Origin: Octopus sinensis
Lineage: Eukaryota
Length of the DNA: 64,000 bases
Reading direction: 5' to 3'
Assembly: GCF_006345805.1 (NCBI RefSeq)
Contig: NC_042997.1
Span: 159,650,001-159,714,000 of the forward strand
Positions within the stretch are counted from its first letter, which is position 1. Every line of letters starts with the position of its first letter. Below, one piece after another: positions 53,831-64,000 of this stretch. The translations under genes were made by a program, and so were the position numbers. The notes below the pieces were generated by a model. The model made no database searches. It was not told where the DNA came from and saw only the letters and a list, made by a program, of their open reading frames with translations.

Positions 53831-54229
53831 TTTACTAGTTCAAGTACTGTATTGTGTCTTTGCTAGATAGACATGTTTTGGGGCTGCTAAGGTATTTTGT
53901 TTTGTTAAGTTACAATATTGGACTCTTCCGCGTTATTTGTTGCTGTTGTTGTTGTAACCAATTTTAGCGACGTAGTAGCAGTTTTATAGCGTTTATTCCT
54001 TCCCTAAAGAGGAAACGTATAATGATGGAGGAGTTATTCTTTTATTTATCTGATACTTCTGTTTCCTCTTCGGACGAAGGAGCAATGATTGCTGAGGTAA
54101 TGGAAAGAACAATAACCGAACCCGAAGTTAAATACCGAACTAAAAGTTGTTAAAAAAGTACCAATTTTGCTGCAGCCGCCAGCGTGAATAAAAGAGACGT
54201 TTCTACGAGAAAAAAAGAACTGGACAAAT

Positions 54230-56265
54230 TACAGGGGAATACTTCGAAGAGAGGGTTTCGACGTTAGAATAAACCCACCCAGTGAGGTAACGCTTACCAC
54301 CCAGAAGAGGACCGTGTTCTACATGATATATATTGTAAAGAACAGAAAAATGAGATTGCTTCAAAGGAGGCAATAGAAAAGTGCCTTCAGCCCATCTGGA
54401 AGGATATAACTTACATCACTGGAGGCAAAAAAGTTGTTACTGGAGGTGAAATTTCCATCAGAGGAGTTAGCCAGGCAACACTCAACCACTCCGCTCAAAT
54501 CGATTGAACTAGTGCTCCTACCGACATACCTTGGGAGACGTACTTCCAAAGTAAAGGTAGGAGACATTCCGCCGGGGTTGCTTGTCTCATGGCTTGTCCC
54601 GAGGCAGCTATTACACTGGGCTTGGAGGATAAAATAACCATCCTCCAGGCCACTCAATACTTGCAACAAAATTGGCAGGGTCAACGACTCGAAATGCTGA
54701 TTCAAGCGACCCCTGCACATTTAGAAAAGTTACCAGAGTCCATTTTAATTGGGGAAGACACCAGCCTAGGGCTCATGATGGAGGGTCGAAGGTCGAGTTG
54801 TTACAAGTGCGCGCGAAAAAGGCCACCGAAGCCCATCAACAAACCAACAAAGTCAGAAGATTCACCAAGGAAAGAAAGCCAGCCGCCTAAAGAAGCGACA
54901 AAAAAGAACGGCGGAAGAGAGGGGAACGCAACTATCACCCAAAGAAGACCTAGAGTAGAGTACGGCCACCCTAAAAAAGAAAAGCAGAAAAAGTAAGAGT
55001 CCCCTTCCCACTTCCTGTAACACCAACATTCCCACCACCTCAAATAACACCACAAACACACAACCCCCCCAAAAGAATTACCCAACCACGCCCCCCCCCC
55101 GCCAACAATACATTAACATTACCTCTATAAACACCAAAAATGAAAAACTTACACAGTTATACAAAACTTTCCGTCTACTTCTCCATTCCGTGCACCTGTA
55201 ACCCATCTATTCCATCCCACATACGATTCATTCAAATTCACTCAACAGGCTATGCAGTCTTATAAAAGACTTTCAAAAAGGACGTTGGGTCTTTCCAAAA
55301 AAAAAACTTTTGGTCTCATTTATATCAACTATTCATAAAGCCCTACCAAAACCACAACGCAAGAAAAACGGGGGAGGAATGACCATTCTCCCTCCTAGAA
55401 AGGTAAGACTGCTTCATATTCTCGCTTAACGTAGGTTGCATAAATGTGCACGATCTGGGTTCGGATTGGAAGCAAAACTGCCACCTTGACGACCTCAGGT
55501 CGCTTAGTTTGAAATTAGTAGTTACTACCGAAACCAAACTGAGCTGGCTGCAGCTTTTTCTCTTCTCCTAAACGGTTATGAGATATTTATTTCTCCAAGC
55601 CAAACTGGGAGTGGAGTAGGAGTTGCAGTCCTACTCAGGAAAAATCTGGGTTTAGAGGTAAGAACTATCTTTGTAGACCCGGAGGGCAGGTTGGTCGTCT
55701 TAGATGTGACGCACAACAATGGTTTTATGTCGAGCAACTGTTGTCGCATCTGAGAAGAGTACAACTGTCAACCGAGTCTATAATTAAGATTGTTCCGCTG
55801 TCTTCCTTCATTAGGGAATAGCAGGCTCGTTTCCGCTACGTAGTAGCTTCTCCGGAGGAAGTAGTGTGAAAGACGAGATTGAAAGGGATCCCGACAGGCA
55901 CTTTCATCTCTAGCCTTGGGTTGGTGAACCCTTTCCTTTTCTATATGAAAAGCAAAATAAGGATGGAGAGGAGATGCCTGTTGCACGGAATAGTTCGGAA
56001 ATGATGGACGACTGTAGCAAGAGTGTTGAGAGTAAATGTTTGAGCGAGAAATTATAGAGTTTACTAAAGGATTCAGTGTTTGAATGTGGTTTGTGGGGTC
56101 GGCCACGTGCCTCACTTCATCAAATTGCTTTTCATTCATTTTTAATTCTCATCCGAATTTTATATACATATATCTTCGATTATATGTTCCATTCGTCCCC
56201 CGACCCTTTCTCTGTCCTTTTATCGTCCACTCTATGTGCAGACCTTTAAGGTTAATAAAGAAATT
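54230..56265 (+). mobile_element. Internally deleted L1/Tx1-like LINE (ORF1, start of the APE endonuclease, ORF2 3' end)
   Basis: ORF1 EVKFPSEELARQHS...LLPTYLGRR; APE NVGCINVHDL...TETKL...DPEGRLVVLDV; C-terminal KSKIRMERR...WTTVARV; AATAAA at 56254. Confidence 0.75.
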
Positions 56266-56479
56266 ACTGCACTACTTCCCTGTAACCTACGACAGGAGGT
56301 ATGATTTCCTAAAGGGTCAGTGATTGAACCAAATATTTCTTTTAATTTTTGTATTTTTCTCTGTTGATTAATATGCATTTGGTGTATTCCGGTTTCGCCT
56401 CAGCCGGCAATTTCACTCTGATTATCTAATTAATCTTGGTAATTATGCGTTCGATGTCATAATGTGGGCTTTGTGTTTT

Positions 56480-56900
56480 CGGGGGTTTTTGTGGGTTTGT
56501 GTGTTTACTTTGTCTGCATTTAGGTCTGTATTACTACATGGGGTACTGGAGCAGTATTTCTTCCAATATCCTCCTCTTTCGCTACTTCCATTTTTCATCC
56601 TTTCGTGTTGAGTGTCCTGTAAATAACAGTTTTCATTTCCACTTCCGCTAACAAATCTTCAGGAGGGGTCAGCTTTACTTTGCCTCCCACCTTTTCGGTA
56701 AACTTCTTACATTTTCGCAGTTTATCAATAGGTACATTCATTTGACCGGCTACTGCTGCGTAGCTTCCACTTTTCTTTGCACCTGGCTTTCTCCACCTCC
56801 ATTCCTCGTGCAGGTAGAGAAGCAACAAAAAATACAAGCTTGCTTAACAAGCTATGTGTTTAAATTACATTAAAAATTCGTCAAACAATTCCACAAAGTA
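56480..56900 (-). mobile_element. L1/Tx1-like ORF1 N-terminal fragment
   Basis: SYAAVAG...TPPEDL...KTVIYRTL resembles the ORF1 pieces at 53200-53350 and 54290. Confidence 0.5.
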
Positions 56901-57278
56901 ACAAGTTTTACAAACAACAGTTCAAAATTAACACCAACCTGGGCCGAAGCTGAAATTCCAATAAATCACACGTGAACCAAAAAGATAGAGTTTACTCTGC
57001 TCTCAAGGTTCTCTGCATATGTCCATTTATACTGTGGCACAATGCATTCAGAGCCAACCAATAGGGCTGTTCAACCTCCACACAACACTACTAAAAAAGA
57101 AAGTTACATGATTCCATCATGTTTTTCGAGAGCAACCCTTTTGGCATAGCTGTGTGCATTAGGAGTTTTATTGATATAATGTGATTCTTGTACTGATGTC
57201 TCACGCCAACCAACTGTGTGTGAATGGATTTGTTAAACAGAAACTATATCAATGCTCATTGTGTGTGTGTGTGTGTGT

Positions 57279-57326
<48 letters not shown>

Positions 57327-57469
57327 GTGTGTGTGTGTGCGTGTGTGTGCGTGTGTGTGTATGTGTTCATTCGTTCTATTTATTACTTTAGATTAAAATT
57401 TGACCTGATGTCTGGTTTGTCGCGAAGTTGTAAAGGAAAGCATCTAGTTTTGTTGATCAGCTTTTAAGG

Positions 57470-60330
57470 TCTTGCAGATTTTTATAGTCCTAGATATGGC
57501 GATCATTTGTAGTGTACGAATTAAGGATTCGCGTTCAGTCCCGAAGAACAGAAGTTCACGCATACTATTCTCCAGACGAGTTGCTTCCTATCTCGTAGCT
57601 CCAGTAATAATAGGTATAAAGTTGAAAGTGTTTCTTGGATACTGGATTTGCATACTCTTTATCAATGGTCCATAGATGTCTTCTTTTTAGTGTATTTTCT
57701 TATCACATTTGTACCCAGGGGGCATCTGATTTCCGCAAGAGAGCATATCTTTAACCTTGAGGTCCCACATAGCAATATCTGGCCGGTTGGTGGCTGTTTC
57801 GGTTTTTAAGTTCCACCAATATTCTTTTGATCCATCGGTCTCAATATAGTCGACTTCGTCTGTAGGTATTTTCTCTTTTATTATCCTGTTCCATACTGTT
57901 CTGCCCACCTCGACATGCTTCATGAGAAGACAATATCTGGAAGACATTCTCACAAAGTTGGCAATAATGTGATTGATGTCTTCAGTCTTGGTCTTAAACA
58001 AACTACATTCGTTCTATGTCAGTGATTTGTAATTTGTAAGATGTGCGGGTCTCTTGTTCTTGAATTGCATGGAGGCATCATTCGAAGGAGGAATGTGCCA
58101 TGTTCCCATGTGCTATCTTCTCAATGAACTGGTCCATTTTTTTCTTTTGGTAATCAGATTTTTACCTTGAGGTGAGATCTGTATCAGCTTTATTTGCTCT
58201 CCTCCAAGTCATTAGCTATCCTAATTATGTGGTTGTTTCCCGGGTGACAAATTTGAGCAAGATAGTTACTGGTTTCTCTCCTCTGCTCCAGTTGTTGTTT
58301 TCTTTCAGTGTCACAATACATGCTTCATATGACATCAATACAAGTTTCAGACCACGACTATCATCCTTAAGTGGAAAGTATAGCCTATCTACATCATCAC
58401 TAATGCTAAAGCTTCCTCTAACACAGTGCAGTTTGCGAGTTTGCACATCTATTTCACTAAGTTCTTATAGAGACAAGTTCAGATAGCCAAACCTAGGCGT
58501 GAGCACAGATAATGCAAAAGTGTTGTAGGCAATATAATTGTTGTGAGTTCAGAGCTCTGATGACCATAATCTGTTTAACCTCCTGAGGTATACACTCCTG
58601 CACCTCTCTTTAGTTATAAGTCCATCACATCTGACATTCTCATTCTATCCAACATACCTGTAATTGTCAACTGACTGAAGAGGTTGTTTTGTGAAGACAT
58701 TTTGTTTAGATTTTCAGAGGAGGTTACAACTGTACCAGGTTTTATTGTCAAACATACACGTTTAGACTCACCAAATTTTAATTCATTGTCTGTACAAAAT
58801 TGGGTAATGAGTTTCAATTCCCTTTTTTTTATGTGGTTAATGTTTATTCCATATAGTTTCAGGTCATTGATAAAGAATGATAGCTTGATCTGGATCCGTT
58901 TCTATAGCTTCTATGTTTTCTGAACAGGTATGATAGTGGGTTTAATGAGAGGTCAAAGAGCACCACTGATATGTTTTCACCCTGAAAGATGCTTTTTGGT
59001 AGTGAATAATATCAAAACTCAGTTTGCTCTTCATTACTCTTAAGGAGCAAAGTAGTGTTCCAAATCTTGGTCAAGCATTCAGAAACAGTTGCTTGTTACT
59101 GTGGGACTCGGTATAAATGTAAAGCCTTGATAATCTACCTCTGTGATATACTACCTAAAGCCTTCTGTAAGTCCAGCTTCACTACAGTTAATTCCCAGCG
59201 ATTTTCTCCTGTTTTTTTTTTCTGAATGATTTTATTGATAAGTAGCGGCTCTAAGCAGCCCTACACCTCCCCCCCCCACCTATCAGCTCACTCAGATGTT
59301 ATTATGTTGGTGGTGGCACAATGATCCCGCAAAAATAGACTGACACACCCAGTCTATAATTTGCGTATGTCATTCTGGCAGGTTATGTGGCGGTAATTTT
59401 TAGCAAGGGTGGTTTGATTATTTTGCAGGATGAGGAGAATAGTTGTAGTTAATAACCATTAGGACAGTTCTTGTGTGTCCTTGATACTTTCCCCATTACA
59501 ACCGGTAAAAGTGAAATTCATTAGCCAGTAATTTGTTATGAGATCTGGCCCTGAGGGCTTCCTGTTTGATATTTTCGGTAGAACTGTTTCCAGTATTTCG
59601 CTGTCCTTTTCATATTGCTTTTGTTGGACATGTTGGCAGAAGTCCTGCTCCGAGTTTTTAACGATACATCTTGTTTATTGAATTCGTCCTTTGTTTTCTA
59701 TCCAGATCTCCAGTAGCGCAGAAACTGATCTTTCGTGGGGATGACTTTTACAGAAACTGAAGATTTCGCATTGAAGCTACAATACACGAACTTGTGATCC
59801 CTGGCAAATAATTTATTGAGCAATTGCCATCTATATTATATGTTATAAATTTGTATTTTAGTTTTTCATCTGTGGCTATAAAGTGTTGTCAGATGGTGCA
59901 GTTTGAAGCTTAGGTTTTTTAATCATGCATCACCGAACCGCCTCTCTAGTTTTATTCTGAGGTCTCCCTGAGGTCGTGTGAAATTGTTCTCTGTGTTACA
60001 TTTCATAACAACTACAATCTGTGAGATACTTCTTCGCGGGAATAAAATTTTATTTTTGAAGTTGCGAACTTTTTCTGGTTCAGGCTTTTTGCTTCTATCT
60101 CGATTGCGTGGCTTCAGCTCTTTGCGATACGCTAGTACTATAATAGCTGAGATATATATTAAAAGGTTAATGGTTTTTAGGCTGTTTTCATACCTATGAA
60201 CTGTATGGTCTCCAGATAATTGTTTCGTATTTTGTTTACTGCCTCTAATTCTAATTTACTGGGTTCTTTACATATACATATACATATACATCAGTCAAAT
60301 TAAGGTTGTGAACTTGTTAAAACATATCAT
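57470..60330 (-). mobile_element. Degraded R4/Dong-like RLE LINE
   Basis: LKFGESK (cf. MxFGLDKC), SDDVDRLYFPLKDDSRGLK, TEDINHII, WWNLKTETATNRPDIAMWD. Confidence 0.75.
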
Positions 60331-62000
60331 CCCAGATCACTTGTAAGGTGTTCACATGTTGTTGGTTTTCTATTTTGCATAGTATAGGTATGGTATTCAG
60401 CTTATTTGTTGTTGTATTGTTTACTGCTCGATTTAGCTGACCGTTCTGTTTGTCTAATATTGGAAGTGGGATGTATATACTCAGTGGCTAGATTTGTTGT
60501 GTCAGCCTGCTTTGATTCAGACATTTCCATTAGATGTATCAGATATATATCTAATTACACATTTTGCTAATCTTTACATAGTATCGAACTCTATAATAAT
60601 AAACTCAAACCTCTGTCTGTCAAGGAAACCCTGTATCTCAGTATATATTTACTCTATATAGACATATATCATTTTGGAATCAGGATGATCCCAGGTTTGA
60701 AAATTTGCCCTTCATTTGGTTCTTTATCAGCCAGCTTTGGGATCTGATTTGAAAGTATTTGGGTTACTATTTCTAGCGGATAAAGCGGCTGATTCACGCC
60801 ATCTTGGCTGGCGTTAGGGAGATAACGTCAGAGATCAAGGGGGAGATAATGACATTCGCTTCGTTAATTTTTAACCGAGCTAAGAACTTTGGGACAAATT
60901 GGCACAATTGGGACAATTGGAATTCAACTTGGGACTGGAGCAATAGAATGAATGCATTGCAGAATTAATTCTCATCCGTTTTTAACCTCTGATCGAACAC
61001 CACCGAGGCATATAGTCATTATAGCCGTATCATAGTCATGCTCTCTCCATCTCTCTCTCCCTCTCTCTCTATCTCTCTCTCTCTCTCTTTCTCTTTAGTT
61101 TTGGCTCGCAGACCCAATTAGCCCCTCGCAGAACTCCGCACGGACTATGACTTTCAAGCTAGAGCTTCATGTGCCTTTGTTACGATCCTAGCTCCATTGT
61201 ATACAATGATTGTAGTCAGAGTTGCTCAAAGGAGACGCACGTACGTTTAGCTTTGATAATTTTGTTTATTCACTGATATTTGTACTTGTTTTTTTTTCAA
61301 AATAGACAATAAGTTTAGTCGCAATTAATTTAAAGTTGTTCACAGCTTGGGTAATCTTTCCTTTCAGGCAGCTTTTAATTTTACACTTGTAATTAATCGT
61401 ACACATTTTGTGTTGTTTTGTGTGTGAATTGTTTAGAAAAGTTTCTTCGCTTTTTCTATGTATCTAACGTTACAGAACCGTGTTTCTATAAATATGTTAA
61501 AATGTATATAGCCATTTATGTAACCATTAAAGTTAGAAAGGTTACTTCTTTAAGCTTTAATGATGCAATAACCTGTTCATAAATATACACGTTCATAAAG
61601 AGATGAAAACTATCAAAATAGGTGAGTTTAGCACCAGCTCTTAAGCATGCATTTTTAATGTTGCTGGCTGAAATATCGTCTGGTCACACTGTCTTGCATT
61701 TTAATGAATAAAGGAACTTTTAGAGCTGCTAACTATGTTGGCGAGAGATTGAGAGAGTGCTGAAGAAAAGTAAATTCTAGAAAGAGATTTATTGTGCATG
61801 CAAAAGCAAGACTGGAATGGAAGTGTCTATAAATTCTACTTGCCAGTGTACGGATACAAATCATTTTTAACTGAGGTGCACTTGGTAAGAGACGATATTT
61901 CTAAGTCAGTTAATGGTTAAAAGCCACCTGAAATTAGAATAAGCTATTACTTTACCGCATGATCTAACAGAAGAAACATATTTCTCTTGCCCACCTATAG

Positions 62001-62180
62001 CTGAATGTCCTACGTCTGCCGGCTACACTTACCAACCAGAATTGAGATTGTGTTATCAAATAGGTTCAACGAAAATTTCATGGAATGAAGCTGCAGACAA
62101 TTGCAATAAGGATCGAGGACAACTTATTCACATTAGAAATTTAGAAGTAATGAACTATCTAAAAACAATAGTATCGTCAA
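62001..62180 (+). CDS. C-type lectin gene B, exon 2 (N-terminal half of the CTLD)
   Basis: tag acceptor at 61998-62000 and GTGAGT donor at 62181; 180 bp; ECPTSAGYTYQPELRLCYQIGSTKISWNEAADNCNKDRGQLIHIRNLEVMNYLKTIVSS, 12 of 59 residues differ from gene A. Confidence 0.9.
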
Positions 62181-62270
62181 GTGAGTGATATTTTACTATT
62201 TTATACACACTCATTCACACACAAAAACTGTCTCTCTCTTTCTCTCTCTCTCTCTCTTTCTCCCTCTCTT

Positions 62271-62315
<45 letters not shown>

Positions 62316-62394
62316 CACACATCCAAATGTAACCAAAATACATATCTAATATAAACTATAACTGTTTACTCTTTTGCCATTTTTTACTTGTTTT

Positions 62395-62758
62395 AGTCAT
62401 TTGACTGTGGCCATTCTAGAGTATCGCCTTTAGTCGAGCAAATCGATCCCAGGACTCATTCTTTGTAAGCCTAGTACTTATGCCATCGGTCTCTTTTGCC
62501 GAACCGCTACGTTACGGTGACGTAAAAACACCAGCATTGGTTGTCAAGCGATGTTGGCGGGACAAACACAGACACACAAACATATACACACACACGTACA
62601 TATATATACATATATACGACGGACTTCTTTCAGTTTCCGTCTACCAAGTCTACTCACAAGGCTTCGGTCGACACTTGCCCAAGGTGCCACGCGGTGGGAC
62701 TGAACTCGGAATCATGTGGGTGGTAAGCAAGTTACTACACATCCACTCCTACGCCTAC
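62395..62758 (-). mobile_element. tRNA-derived SINE with internal CA/TA microsatellite, in lectin B intron 2
   Basis: Minus-strand head gtaggcgtaggagtgg...ttccgagttcagtcccaccgcgtggcaccttgggcaagtgtc...gtagacggaaactgaaagaag; same family as 45942-46100. Confidence 0.85.
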
Positions 62759-64000
62759 TTACAACACAGCCACTGCTAATATTTTGATTTAAAATTTTAT
62801 GCCACTTTGCAAATTACATTCCGTTTTACTTCTAATTTTTCTCATATTTGTACTTTCTACTCTGATTATTTTTTCAATGAGAAAATACACCAAGTTTTGA
62901 TAAGATATCGAATGCAATCATTTAATTTCATATATGTGTTTTAAAGAATTGTCATTTATTGTCAATGAGTTACAAAAGAAAATAACTTTGCCAGTTCAAA
63001 AATACTTCAGTAATGATTTATTTCAGATTTTATTCTGTTTGTTACATATTCAAATTCGAGTAGAATGTTGAGACAACGGAAATATTTTGTTATAAATCGT
63101 ATTGTTATAAATTGTTGGAGATTTTACAGAATGTAATTTCTTTTCAACCAATGTTTTCGTATTATGGAACATCTTTTGGACTACACCCTCTTCAATATTA
63201 ATAACGACAGTTGTCATGACGGTTTAGAGCATTGAATTACCTTATTGCAGGAACATTACTGACAATATAAACATAGTCTCAACGAAATGGATCCCTTTAT
63301 GAATTTTGATTTTGGTTTTAATCGACATAGCGCCAATGAGAATAGTAAAACTTTAGTGTCGATTTAATTGATCAGCGAAGTCATAAGAAGCATCTCTTCA
63401 AATTCAAATAATATGAAAAGTTAATTCTCTTCAGTAGTGAATTCATATGCAAAGAGACTAAATAAATAATTTACCTACCATATTAGTTAGTTCAACACTC
63501 TTCATTGTAAATAATTAGTTACATATATGAGGAACAGGTAAAGGTTCTCAAGCCACAAAGATCGATTAACAGATTTCAGCAACTACGTTAATAACAAGAA
63601 TATAATTTATATTAATATATACGGCAGGTTATGATTCATCGAAGACCTCGTAATGATTTCTAACGGGCACAAAACCTAAAATTTTATGCGGGTATCTTGC
63701 AGTCCATTACATTGATAGGGAAGAAATATAAGGCGTAGTTGACCTGGGCGGGATATAAATTCAGAATGTAAAAAGTCATTAACAATTTATGTCTTAGCTT
63801 AATACTCTATAAAACTATCAAAAGAAAGAAAAAAGAACAATTAGAAATAAAACTATAACAGTAAATGCTTGTTGTTAACTTTGGGGTTTAAGAATCCTAA
63901 CATTCATACTTATATTTCTCTGAGGTAATATATCTGGTAAAAGATCATGAGCAAATTAACTTTCCATTCTCTGGCTCTTTTGTATGTAATCCCATAAGAT

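Overview
AT-rich, microsatellite-dense eukaryotic DNA; the SINE and microsatellite content points to a cephalopod, probably octopus (inference). It spans two contigs joined by a 100-N gap (22146-22245). Host genes: two paralogous C-type lectin genes. Gene A is on the minus strand, with CTLD exons at 21878-22057 and 16208-16446; its first exon is not in the window. Gene B is on the plus strand, with a signal/PAN-Apple exon at 51380-51737 and CTLD exon at 62001-62180; its last exon lies beyond the window. Bases 1-7590 recur about 99% identical and inverted at 22246-29850, starting exactly at the gap, so a flipped contig or haplotig is likely. The rest is transposon debris: R4/Dong-like RLE LINEs, L1/Tx1-like LINEs, mariner remnants, tRNA-derived SINEs, foldback MITEs and a dense Penelope-like element (PLE) cluster at 8.9-21.7 kb. 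Most notable by eye: (1) minimal type-I hammerhead ribozymes, three with intact cores, with covarying palindromic stem-III loops, one as a solo (TA)n-flanked module; (2) a Naiad-type PLE with a 227-codon in-frame Thr/Asn-rich linker before its GIY-YIG domain; (3) a 2A-like NPGP motif at the N-terminus of another PLE ORF; (4) a near-perfect 84-bp-arm hairpin just past the lectin A stop codon. All calls are from manual reading and translation; no searches were run.
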